Shown here: one piece after another, positions 24,424 through 37,600 of the stretch | Layout of the letters: the number at the start of each line of letters is the position of its first letter | How positions within the stretch are numbered: position 1 is the stretch's first letter | Assembly (NCBI GenBank): GCA_043228905.1 | Contig: JBHGNT010000011.1 | Coordinates: forward strand, 20,026,001 to 20,090,000 | DNA: 64,000 nt | Direction of reading: 5' to 3' | Source: Azolla caroliniana | Taxonomy: Eukaryota > Plantae > Polypodiophyta | Notes under the pieces: model-generated | What the model saw: the letters and a program-made list of their open reading frames with translations, nothing else | Told to the model about the DNA's origin: nothing | The model's database searches: none | Translations under genes and position numbers: made by a program

Positions 24424-25909
24424 GACGATAGTGTGTCGACGTACACTCTCTAGTGCCTAATTCGGCATCTAGCTTTAGATTTTGATTGAGAGGAGTAGTG
24501 ATGGGCTTACACTGTGTCATCCCAAACTTGTAAAGAAGATTGAGGATATAATGCTTTTGAGAAAGCATGATGTTGTCTGGAGTCCGAATTACTTCTATTC
24601 CTAGAAAGTAATGGAGCTCCTTCATATTGGTCATTTCGATTTGGATGGAGAGGAGCTTCTTGATATGCTCAATATCCGCTAAATGCTCTCCTCATATGAC
24701 CAAGTCATCCACGTAAATGATGATAAATACTTGTCCTCTGGAGTCGCTCCGGATGAACAGAGAGTTGTCAAACTTGGACATGTTGAAGCCGATTTGATGA
24801 AGATATTGCGTTATCTTCGAATGCCATGCTCTTGGTACCTGCTTGAGGCCGTAGAGAGGCTTTTTGAGTGGGCAGACATGAGTCGGATCCGCAGTCAACA
24901 TGAATCCGGGTGGTTGTACCATGTACACCTCTTCGTCTAACTCACCTTGTAGAAAGGCGTTCTTTACGTCCATTTGGTGGAGGTGCCACCCTTTCGTTGC
25001 TGCAAGTGCAATCATGGTTCGAATTTTAGTCATCTTTGCCATTGGGGCAAAGGTCTCTTCGTAGTTGACACCGTGCGTCTGCGTGTAGCCCTTCGCCACA
25101 AACCGGGCCTTGTAGCGATTGACAATGTCGTCGACGTTGTGCTTTACCTTGAAGATCCACCGACATCCAATTGCCTTTTGGTGGTTTGCAGAAGGGACGA
25201 GATCCCATGTCTCTTTCTTGGAGAGTGCTTGCTTCTCCTCATTCATCGCTTCAACCCATCTAGGGTCCTTCGTGGCTTCGGAATAGTTTTCCGGTTCTTT
25301 GATTGTCGAGATCTTCATCATGAATACATAATTATATGCCATGTAGTCGTTGTAGCTGAATTGCTGACTATGTTCTTTTCTCGGGTGGATCAATGTGGTT
25401 CTCCTGGTGTCCTCATGATGGGCACATCCAATCTACCAAACCCACTATCTGGTAAGTGAGTCGATTCATTTCCAACTGAGTCTTCGTACTTAGGCATTTT
25501 GGTGGAAGGGTTGAAGCATTTATGCCCTTTTTGCTCGAGTGAGTACCCTACGAGTATAGATTTCTCCGAACTGGGATCGAGCTTCTACCGCTTCTCGTCG
25601 GGAATATGTACACATGCAATTGAACCGAATATCCTAATGTGAGATAGATTTGGTTTCTTCCCATAGAACTTTTCGCAGGGGGTAAATTTGTGCACTCCTG
25701 ATGTTGTGCAACGATTCATTAGATAAACGGTTGTATTCACCGCTTCAGCCCAATATGACTTTGGCAGATGTTTCTCGTTCATCATTGCCCTTGCCACCTC
25801 GAGTATGTGCCGATTCTTGCGTTCTGTTGAGGTGTGTGTCAGCAGGTAAACTCCCACCGGATTCCTTCTTGTCGAAGATATGTTGTAAAGGCGTCGGAGA
25901 AGTACTCTT

Positions 25910-28900
25910 TGACGAAAATAGTCGAAACTTTCCAAACTTCACCTCTCGGCCACAACCAAGGAAAACACACGAATCGTTGTTGCAGAAAATGGGAAATGCA
26001 GTGGACACACGATTTAACGTGGAAAACCCTGTACGGGAAAAACCACGGGAGTACAAAACTCCAAACCAAAACTATGCACAGAGAAGTATACAATGGCGAG
26101 CTGCAAGGCGACGACCTTGAGCTCGCTGTCCTCGCCACAGGCGGCGGAAATACACAGAGGCGTCGACCTCTTCCTCTCTCACGCTCTATCTCTCTCTCAC
26201 GGCTGCTCTCTCTTCACTCCTCTTGAGTGGAAAAACAGAAAAATAAGAAGCAACATTAAAAACTGTTTGCCCTAAGTCATATTTATACACATATGACTTT
26301 GGGGCTATTTACAAGTATAGCCTCAAGGGCCCTTAGCAAACATATTCACGGATATGTCCCCGCATCCGGATCTCTCTCCGGGTACATTCGTCATCCGGCT
26401 CCGAAGCCGGGGTCTTCATCATCCGGTTCTGAAACCGAAACCGGGCTCGTCGGCATTCATCTCCGACATCCGACCATCCCATCCGAAGGGACCGTAATCC
26501 CAACAAACTCCCCCTTCACTTCGGCATGGGATGTCTTTCCAATCCGATCCTCTTCCGGCATGCTTCCAGCTTGTCAGGTGTGAGCACCTTGGTCAGCATA
26601 TCTGACCCGTTCTCGTCCGTGTGGACCTTCGTCAGCACGAACTCCTTGTCTTCTATCCTTTCCCGGATCCAGTGATATCTTCGCTGGATGTGCTTCGTCC
26701 GGGAGTGATAGGCCGCGTTCTTCGCAAGGTGGATTGCACTCTGACTGTCGCAGTAGAGTCGGTACTCCTCCTGCCGGATACCGAGCTCTCTAATGAAGTC
26801 CTTCATCCATATTATTTCCTTGCCGGCTTCAACAGCCGCCATGTACTCCGCCTCCGTGGTTGACAACGCAACCGTCTTCTGCAGCCTCGACTGCCATGAG
26901 ACAACTCCCCCTGCATACGTCATCACATACCCTGATGTGGACCGGCTGGTATCTGCATCAGCCGACATATCCGAATCGGTGAAGCCGTCGAGTTCGGGCT
27001 TACCGGAGCCGAATCGGAGGCACACGTTTGCTGTGCCCTTCAGGTATCGGAGTATCCACTTGGCCGCGTTCCAATGCTCTTTGCCGGGATTGCTCATGTA
27101 CCGGCTCACCACTCCGACTACATATCCGATGTCCGGTCGGGTACACACCATTGCGTACATCAAGCTCCCGACGGCAGAGGCATATGGTACTTTCATCATG
27201 TCCTCCTTCTCAGCCTTTGTCTTGGGGCTCTGCTTGCTGGACAGCTTGCAGTTTGCCGGGAGTGTTGACCCGACCGGTCTTGCTTCCGACATGTTGAACC
27301 GGTGAAGCACCTTTGTCACGTACTTCTCCTGTGACAGCCACAACTGCTTCTTCTTCCGGTCCCGGATGATGTGCATCCCTAGTATTTGCCTCGCCGGACC
27401 CAGGTCCTTCATTGAGAAGGTTCGGTGAAGAGCCTTCTTCAGCATCCGTATCTTGACCTGGTCTCGTCCGACGATCAACATGTCGTCCACGTACAGGAGG
27501 AGTATTAGAAAGTCTCCTCCTTCGAACTTCTTCACAAACACGCAGTGGTCGGACTGCGTTTTGAGGTACCCTTCGTCGGTCATGAAAGAGTCGAACTTCC
27601 GGTACCATTGCCGGGGAGCCTGCTTCAGTCCGTAAAGGCTCTTCTTCAACCGGCATACCAGGTGCTCCTTCCCTTTCTTCTCGAATCCTTCCGGTTGTTG
27701 CATGTAGATCTCTTCTTCGAGGTCACCGTGAAGGAATGTCATCTTCACGTCCATCTGTTCTACCTCGAGGTCCATGCTTGCCGCTATGCTCAGCACCGTC
27801 CGGATGGAGGTCATCTTCACTACCGGGGCAAATATCTCGTCGAAGTCGACGCCCTTCTTCTGCTGAAACCCCTTCACCACGATCTTGGCTTTGTATCTCG
27901 GGGGGTTTCCGGCATCTCCCGGTTTCAGCTTGAACACCCACTTGTTTCGAAGTGCCCGCTTTCCTTTCGGCAACTCCACAAGTTCATATGTGTGGTTCTC
28001 ATGCAGGGAATCCATCTCGTCCTGCATGGCACTCAACCACCTGCGGCTCTGGGTGTCATGCTTTGCTTCTTCAAAGCTCTCTGGCTCCCCCTCGTCGGTT
28101 AGCAGCACGTGCTCTGGTTCCGGAAATCTCCGGGGGGCCCTTCTCTCTCTTAGAGGATATCTCCATTCCGGAGCTTCGGTAACCGGTTCTTCCGATTCTT
28201 CTTCATCCGAATCCATTTCGGGATCGGGGCCGGTTCCGGTATCATTTTCATCTTCTTCGGCCGGTTCTGTTTCTTCACCGTCTTCGGCCGGATCTTCGAG
28301 TGTTAACCGGTCCCTTGCCGGTCGGGACTGCTCCTCGTAGAGTTTATCCTCACCGGTCGACTTAGAGCTCTTCATCTTCTTCTCCGACTCCCAGTCGGCG
28401 AGTGTCTTGTTCTCCATGAAGATGATATCACGACTCCGGAATATCTTCTTGTCGACCGGGTCCCATACTCGGTAGCCGAACTCGTCGTCGCCGTAACCGA
28501 GGAATATGCATGGCCGGGTCTTTGGATCTAGCTTTCCTCTCCGGTCCTTTGCCACATGCACGTATGCGAGACACCCGAACACCTTCAGATGCCGGTAGGA
28601 TACTTCCCTACCGGTCCACACTCTCTGCGGCGTGTCTCCGTCCAAAGGTACTGAGGGTGATCTGTTTATCACGTATGTCGCCGTCGACATCGCCTCAGCC
28701 CAAAACCCCTTGGGTAATTCCGCATGCGCCAGCATACTCCGGACCCTCTCCATTATGGTCCGGTTCATCCTCTCGGCCAGCCCGTTCAGTTCCGGCGTCT
28801 TCGGCACAGTAAACTCGAGCCGGATTCCCTTCGAGCGACAGTACTCCGCGAACTGCCCCCGGTATTCCCCTCCGTTATCCGCTCGTATCGCTTTCAGCTT

Positions 28901-31215
28901 CTTGCCGGATTCCCTTTCCACTCTCGCGTGGAGTTCTTTGAAGACGGACAACACTTGGTCCTTTGTCTTCAACGGTGCCGTCCACAGCTTCCGGCTGTGA
29001 TCATCAATGAATGTCACGAAGTACTGGGCTCCGCCATGTGACTTCGTTTCTACCTGACACACATCAGTATGCACCAACTCCAATGGTGCGCTACGTCTCG
29101 TCGGTGGCCTTGAGTGGAAGGAGGTTCGGTTCTGCTTACCGGCCAGGCAATCGGTGCACTTCTCCAGGTGCACATGCTTCACTGGAATAAGGTTGTCTTC
29201 TGCAAGCCTCTTCATCCCCTTCTCACTCATGTGGCACAGTCTTTTGTGCCACAGCTCACCGGCAGTGTCGGCTGCCACATTCAGCTCTTCCGGACATAAA
29301 CGGGCATTCATCAGGTACAGGGTGTTGACTTTCCGGGCCCGAGCCACTATCAGGCTCCCCTTGCTGAACTTCATTACGCCGTTCCGGATGCTACCTGTGT
29401 AGCCTTCATCGTCTAGCCTCCCGGCCGAAATCAGGTTCAATCGAACCTCCGGAACGTGTCGGACATCCTTCAGCAGCATTTTGCATCCGGTCGGGGTTGT
29501 CAACCACACGTCTCCTATGCCGGCAATCCGGCACGTACCTTCATTTCCCATCCGAACACAGCCATGCTCACCGGCTGTGTAGGATGAGAAGTATCTTCTC
29601 TCCGGGGTCAGGTGGAACGACGCTCCGGAATCGACCACCCAGGTAGTCTCATCGCCGGCAATGTTTAGTTCACCTTCTTCGGTGATGAGCATGATTTCTT
29701 CCTCACTTGCCGCGAGTGCCGTCGTTCCTTTTCGGTCCTGCCCTCACCGATCCGGACCTCTCCGGTCCGTGGCTCCCCGGTATGCACCGTTTCTCTCCGG
29801 TGACTTCTTCGAATCGGTGTCGTCGGCTCCGTTGTCCTTTCGGTAATGCCGACAATTCTTCCGGAAGTGCCCCGGCTTCCCACAGTGGAAGCATGTGGGT
29901 CTTCCTCTTGACTGCGACCGGGTCCCCGACTTCTCCCGTCTTTGCGGACTCCGGTTCCATTGTCTTCCCCGTTCCGATTCGGTAAGCAGCGCCTTCGAGT
30001 CGGAGGCCGGTTCTTTATCTCTCCGACGCGCTTCTTCGTTCAAAATACTTGTCTTTACCGTTTGTAGGGACAAGTTATCTTCGGTGCAGGAGGTGCTGAG
30101 AGTCACCACCAAGTTCTCCCAGCTTTCCGGCAATGTACACATCAGAATGATGGCTTGCATTGCATCCTCCAGCGGGAACTTGATCGCCGCAAGCTGGTTC
30201 ACGAATCCCATGAACGTGCTTACGTGTTCCACCATACTCTCGCCGTCCCGGTACTTGAGGTTCACTATCTTCCTCATCAGGGAGGTCCGGTTCAACGCAT
30301 TCTTCCTCTCATAGAGGCCCGACAGCTTCCGCCACATCTCATATGCGTTGGTGTCGTTCGCCACATGTTGTAGAACGCTCACGTCGACGTATTGCCGAAT
30401 GGTTGCAACGGCTTTCCGGTTCAGAAGCCTCCATTCCGACTCAAGTACCCCCTTCGGTATTTCCGACCTGTCAATCGGTTCGTACAGGTCCCGAACAATC
30501 AGAAGATCCTCCATCTTGATCTTCCAGTCGGCGTAATTCTGCGCATTCAGCACCATCATCCCCGGCTGCCCGCTGCCGCCGCCTTCCATTTTCTGCAGCA
30601 GTTCGCTCTGATACCAGATTGACGAAAATAGTCGAAACTTTCCAAACTTCACCTCTCGGCCACAACCAAGGAAAACACACGAATCGTTGTTGCAGAAAAT
30701 GGGAAATGCAGTGGACACACGATTTAACGTGGAAAACCCTGTACGGGAAAAACCACGGGAGTACAAAACTCCAAACCAAAACTATGCACAGAGAAGTATA
30801 CAATGGCGAGCTGCAAGGCGACGACCTTGAGCTCGCTGTCCTCGCCACAGGCGGCGGAAATACACAGAGGCGTCGACCTCTTCCTCTCTCACGCTCTATC
30901 TCTCTCTCACGGCTGCTCTCTCCTCACTCCTCTTGAGTGGAAAAACAGAAAAATAAGAAGCAACATTAAAAACTGTTTGCCCTAAGTCATATTTATACAC
31001 ATATGACTTTGGGGCTATTTACAACTATAGCCTCAAGGGCCCTTAGCAAACATATTCACGGATATGTCCCCGCATCCGGATCTCTCTCCGGGTACATTCG
31101 TCATCCGGCTCCGAAGCTGGGGTCTTCATCATCCGGTTCCGAAACCGAAACCGGGCTCATCGGCATTCATCTCCGACATCCGACCATCCCATCCGAAGGG
31201 ACCGTAATCCCAACA
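25910..31215 (-). mobile_element. Full-length young Ty1/copia element (family B), nested
   Basis: 596-bp LTRs 25910-26505 and 30620-31215 with about 5 substitutions; TSD CTCTT (25905-25909, 31216-31220); iMet PBS 30605-30616; PPT 26506-26516. Confidence 0.97.
26516..30589 (-). CDS. Gag-Pol polyprotein in a single frame, interrupted only by one TGA at 29744-29746
   Basis: Gag from ATG 30589 (CFHCGKPGHFRKNC); pol 26516-29692 is in the same frame and has VDSGAS, ADNGGEY, YVDD and FTDSD motifs. Confidence 0.85.
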
Positions 31216-34039
31216 CTCTTTGCCCCCATCCGATCAAAGGCATCTAACATGCTGACTGGTTGCCTTTTCGACTTCGTTTTTGAGCCATTGGAAGTGTCTG
31301 CAGAAGTCGTCGATGGATGTTACGTAGTATTGACAACCATTGAATGTTGCCGTCTGGGCTGGTCCCCATACATCTAAGTGTATTACATCTAAGATCCCTT
31401 CGTTTATGTTCCTTTCCTTTGGGAACAATTGATGGTGTTGTTTGCCTAATTGACAAGCTTCGCACATGCCTAGTCTCTCCTTTTCAGTAAAAGTTGCAAG
31501 TCCGAAGATGACTCATTTTGGCTGCATTCCTCTGAGCTTTTGGAGGTTAATGTGACCAATTCGCTTGTGCCACAACTCTATGTTGGCGTCGGCTCTCTGG
31601 CCCTCGGCATACATTCTCGAGTTCATCTCGTGAGAGTCGAGGATGAACATCAGACCTTCTCTCCGACCCCTAGCGATGAGTCAACCATCTTTTCTGATGA
31701 AACATCCTCCATCGTTGAAGTGGACTTGCATGCCTTGTTCGACTATCTGGCCAACTGCGTCCAGGTTCTTTGTTATTGTAGGAACATGTAGAATGTTCTT
31801 GATGTAGGTTTGGTTGCCTTCTTCCCCAAATGGGACGTTGCTGATATGCAGAATGGGGTGGATTATGTCATCCCTAGTTTCCACATAGTCGGGACGTTCA
31901 GGCTTCCGTAGCTCCTTGAACCAATCCTCGTGGGATGTCATGTGGTTGGATGCACCTGAGTCGACAAACCATACATCATCTGGTTTGGAGGTGTTGGTTG
32001 GGTTGGAGGCATAGTTTATGAGTTGTCGGCTTATGGAGGCCGACTCGCTCTTCTTTTTCCGACACTCTGCCTCATAGTGGCCGAATTTTCCACAGTATCC
32101 GCACTGAGTGGGATTATTTTGTCGGCTGGATCCGGCTTGATTGCTCCCCCTTCTTCCGAATGCTCCTCCTCGCGTGTTCGAAACGTATTGTCGGTAATAG
32201 AAGTTATGTTCTCGGGGTTGCTCTTGGTTGTGTCGACCTTGGCCTAATCTGCCTCTTCTTCCCCAACCTTGTCCTCTTCCTCCATCGAAGTTCGAATAGA
32301 GCATTTTTCCTTCTTGCGCATTGCTCCTTGTTCGAACATGATTCTCCTCGACCATCAACATCGACTGGAGATCGAAGAAGGAGGGAAGATTCTCCCTCGC
32401 GAGGACAACCGAGGTGATAAGCCTCCGAGGTAAATTTGCACCATTTCATTGTCGTCAATGCTAACATTGATCGACTTGAGGGCATCACAAAGCTCCTTGA
32501 TCCTCAAGGTGTAGCTGCCGATTGACATGTCCCTCTGTTGTATACCGTTCAACTCTTGATGGAGTTGAAGCTTTCTTGTGGTTGTGTTGGCCATGAAAAT
32601 CTTCTTGAGGTTCCCCCACACCTTCTTCGGCGTTTTGGCCTCTCAGATGTAGCCGAGCATGTGATAATAGGCGCATGATGCAAGGCAATACAACACACGA
32701 CTTGCTGCTTGCTTCCAAGCTAGGTAATCGTCATGTGTTGGTTCGGTTGATTTTTGTTTGCCCCTTTGACATAACTCCAATAGCCTTGGCCAATAAGGTA
32801 TTGGTGCATCTTGTACTCCCAAGATGCAAAGTTGTTTCTATCAAGCTTTTCAATAGGAAGAGCGCTTCCCATCTGTGTGTTCATGTTGAGCTTGTTCTTT
32901 TTCTACTTGATGTGAACTGTGCAGATTGCTGCTACAACGATCAATCGGTTCTTGTTGAACGTGAAATCGGGCACAACACACGCATGGGCGATGGACTTCG
33001 ATCAAGCAACCATGCGCTCTGATACCACGTAAAGAATAAGATGGATTCTGTGCAGCGGAAGAACTGTGTGTGTGTGTGTAGAGAGAGATTGAGATTGAGA
33101 GAGCTCACGATTACAAAAAATCAAAAAATTGTATTTCAAGGCCAACAGTTACAAAGAGAGGGAGAAGGTGCTTATGTAGTCACCTTCTCTCTAAGTTCTC
33201 TCACTAGTACCGTCTCTTGGGAAAGAGGTCGTATCTTAACTACTTAAAGAATATGTGTCATAGGACATTAACTTATATGACACACTAGTTACTATACAAG
33301 GAGGTGGGATGTTCACACACTTGAGTATCCTAGAGTGTGTTCCCACTCACGGGAAGTTGAGTTTGATTCTCCACACGAGTAAAATCCTCAACATCCTATC
33401 TTGTTATGCTATTAGAAATAGTTTCTTGGGCCATAGAGCTACCAATGATGCAAAGAGTGTACAAGTTTATCATAAACATTAACAATATGCTCGACTACAA
33501 ATTTATACCAGAACAGGTTTGGAACATAGGGTACAAGGTGCAAAAACATACTTGAACAAAATCCTCTCATTTGATCATGTGCTTGACATTATGAAATGGT
33601 TTAAACACTGGAGAATAAAATACCTATTAGAACTCTCAAATGAAGTGATGAAGTATGTGATAATCTAGGATAGATTAATATAGCCACCAAGGACAAAGGG
33701 ACAAGATGTTAATGTAGCAAACAATGATCCCTAATGTAAGGGAACATATCCAACCACATCTTACTACTGCCACAAGGCTTGCCTCTCGGAGAGCCTTACC
33801 ACTTCTTCAAACTGACTCACATAAGTTAGGCTAGGCATTGACGGAGCATCATGGCATCATCATCCAACCATGAAGATATGCATGCAATGAAAACCTAGTG
33901 GAGGATGAATATCGAGCGTGTACTATTCACATGCTTTGCATATAATATAAGATAATCTGAGAGAAGTATGATGACTTATAATTAGATGAGGCATGATAAT
34001 TCAAGTGTCATAGTAGGTTCCCAATCACAAAGGCTGAGC

Positions 34040-34261
34040 ATATATACATGTACATGTACATATACATACACATCTACATCTACATGCACGTACACATGCA
34101 CATGTGAATCTACATATACATGTACATCTACATACACATACACATATAAATGTAAATGTACATAGACATAGACATAGACATGAACATAGGCATAGACATA
34201 GACATAGACATAGACATACACATGTAAATGTACATATACATATACATGTATATCTACATAG

Positions 34262-34352
<91 letters not shown>

Positions 34353-34563
34353 TGATATACATATGTATACATATCTACATCTACATCTACATATACTGTT
34401 ATACATATACATATATACACTGACACACTGAGTCATTACAATACATGTACATAGCTCTACATACACAGACACAGATACAGACACAGAGTGAAGACACTCA
34501 CACACACAGAAGGCTCTGTTTCACACAGCAAGCAAGCAAGCAAGAACAGAAACAGAGACACAG

Positions 34564-34610
<47 letters not shown>
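34040..34610. repeat. Compound microsatellite: (TACATA)n and hexamer variants, then (AGCA)n and (AG)n
   Basis: Directly visible; ends about 35 bp before the ATG at 34645. Confidence 0.95.
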
Positions 34611-34613
<3 letters not shown>

Positions 34614-34644
34614 CAGTCTAGAGAGAAGGCACTGGTTCTCATCC

Positions 34645-37600
34645 ATGGCGGAGACTACTGCTGCTGCGCCGCCTTCGTTCCTACAGCGCCTCAAGGACAT
34701 AGAAGGCAAGGCCAAGTCTGTGTTGCAAGGCGATGAATTCAATGGTTGGATGAGGCAACAACCCGCGGCTGTGGAGGTGGGCATAACCACGGTCATCCAC
34801 GCGGCGCAGGGGGCTGCCCTCGGTGGCCTCATGGGTCTTCTCTCTGGCGACGTCCGTAATGCGTTCCCTTCACCTGCTGCTACCCAAGGCCTCAATCCTC
34901 AACTCATGGCTTCCTTCCAACAAGCCCAGGTACAACCTTTCTCTTCCCTTCTTCTCTGCTTTTTTACATCCGTCTCCAGTTCCCTCTATCTTTGCAAGCA
35001 TCTTGCTTCTTGCTTCTTCTTAATTCTCTCCTCTTCCATGCCGCTATTTAAGCCTACATTATTCAAATTCCCTGGTGCTATTTAAGACAAGGTTAACCTT
35101 TCACCCCAACATCAGTATTTAGTTATCACCCAACGTTTGAGGCCGTGTTTAAGTTGAGGTTAAGTTTTCGTCAGACTTTTGAGATGGTGCTTCAGGCAAG
35201 GCTAAGCTTCCACTCAAAGTTCGAAGTGGTATCTATGTTAAGCCAAGAAAAAACAAAAACTTTCACCCCAACTTCTGAGGAGATATTCAATGGACATTAA
35301 GCTTCCACCCAACAGTTGAGGTGGTATTTAAACGAAGATTAAATCTTTGAAGTTCATATTTAAAGCTCTCACCCAGGTTCTGCGGTGGCATTTAGGCCAA
35401 CAACTAAGCTTTCACACAACTTTTGAGGTAGTACGTATTGAAGTCAAGTTTACGCCTTAACCCATTTTCCAGGCGGTATTTAAACCAAAGATTAAGATTT
35501 TATTCAACTTTTATGTCGTATTTAAGCAATGCTCTTGCCCAACTTTTGAGGCGGTATTTAAGTCAATATTATGTTTCAACCCTTTGAGATGGTAATTAAG
35601 CAACATTAAGCTTGAATAAAATATGGGTACTTTAAGCTAAACATTCTGCTCTAGCCCAATGTTTGACGTGGTATTCAAGGAAAATCTAAGCTTTAACCCA
35701 GCTAACCCAGCTTCTAGGGTGGCATTAACCCGGAACTTGTATTGGGGAGTAGTTGCTCATTTATCTGTTTCACTTTGGTTTGGAACATAGTTTACCACTA
35801 ATTAAGATAATGCATCTCATTTGAGCTGATGGTCATTTTGATGCTGACCTCTTGGAAGAACGTATTTGTGCGTTTCTGATGGCCATTTTGATTAAAGAAT
35901 TTTATTCAATCATCAGGGAGCTGTTCTGGATCACTCACTGTGATCTAGGATTAGAATCAGATCAAACATCTAACCTATGGCCTTGAGAGTAACTTAGAGA
36001 AGAGGATAAATCTCGCATCATCTACCTAGGTTACTGAGATAAGAAAATTTCATGGTTCTCAAGTGAGCATTATCTAACATTAATTGAGCTCACATATACT
36101 CAACTTAGTTCCTCAGGACCTAATGAACTATATGATGAAGTTTTCGTTTGAGGAGCATGTTACCATCCACTGCAGTTTGAATCAAGGCTCAAGTATCTGG
36201 CGTGATTAATTGAGCTCATGCATACTCAAATTTGATTCTCAAGTCCTTGGGAACTGTGCAATGAAGTTCTTTTTTGGGTTTGAAGAGAATGTTACAGAAT
36301 CCATCGCAGTTTGAATCAAGGATCAGATTATGTGATTTGCACCATAATCAACGAAGAACTTGTATGTGAAGTGTTGAATTGTGAACTGAATCATCCTCAT
36401 GAAACTAGGATCCCAATGGTCTATATGTATATATTTTCTCTATTATTGTTGCTGGTAAAATTATTGGCTTTTGGAAAGGTCTCCAAATTATACTGTTGTT
36501 TTCCTTATATTTTCTGGTTATGCATCTTTGTTGTCATCCCTTATTCTCAGATGATCAGTCATCAGAGATATTATTCATCAATGTGGCATTGGAATGTCTC
36601 TCAAGAAACCCTTTGTGGGATTTGCTGTTTTGATCTGTTTGGTTGAGTATAGAGAACAGCTCTCATGTTTGAGCAACTGTGGTTTGATCAATTGGTACTC
36701 AGTTACTATAGTAGCCAGAAGGCGAGTGTTAATATCATTTAGATCTAAAATCAGGGTTTCTGAGCAGCAGCAGAGTGTTAGTTCATCACACAGTTGTCTG
36801 TACAGGTCATCTTCATCATGATTCTCATGTTCGAGCAACTGTGGTTGGATCAATTGGTACCCTAGTGGTAACTCATTAGGTCAACATAGCACAAGCTGCA
36901 TCAAGTCTTTCTGACTGTTGACTGACTCTTCTTCCATCTTCCCCCTCTGTCACATTTCTGATACTCCAGAAATCATTTTCATTTTCATTTTTGAAATATC
37001 AGGAAACAAGTTCTGAAGTCTCATAAATCAATCTCTGAGAAGTTCAGAAACCAGTTTCTGAATTTTGGCACTCTTTGGTTTGAAATTAGCCAGATTTACA
37101 ACCTAATTAATTACTGAAATCAGTTCATTTATGTAACTAGCATCAGATGTTATCCTTGAGAACTGATTTATATTTCATAATTAAATTACATTCGTTTTTC
37201 TGTATTTATTTATTTAAAAAAAGTGTTTCATAGGTTTTCAAGCAAAAAAACTGATTATCGAAACCTAGAAACCTGAAAACACTCTTTTTGACAGTGTCAT
37301 CAGAGATTAGTACAACAATGAAACAAAAAGATTACGAATCTTTCGTCGTGTGTATAACAAAGAAGTTTAGGAACACCGAGAAAATAGATAAGTCAAAAGC
37401 TTCAACCCTTTGGCAATAAACGTCCACCAACTTTAAGGAATCATTGATGTACTCAGAGTGGAGTCCATAGGTGTGAATACCTTCCCTTTGACGAAACTGA
37501 TTGATGTTCATCTTGACACTCGAAATTTTTGATGATCCAAGTGAAAGTTTGGAAACCATTCAGCAAGTTCAACCAGAAAAACGGAAGGGAGATTTGTTTT

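Larger units (their letters stand above)
24424..33393 (-). mobile_element. Old degenerate copia family C element hosting the nested 25910-31215 insertion; 3' end lost
   Basis: 5' LTR about 33028-33393; iMet PBS ending at 33027; gag/protease 31681-32880 (CGYCGKFGHYEAEC, VDSGAS); integrase split at GGKE|YFSD; RT 24692-25393 (YVDD). Confidence 0.88.

Noticed and set aside
26621-30622. Many + strand ORFs overlapping copia pol (likewise in the other elements)
   Set aside because: Antisense shadows of GC-rich coding sequence with no motifs.
33982-34505. Poly-(YV), (HI) and (CI) ORFs
   Set aside because: These are artefacts of a stop-free hexamer microsatellite.
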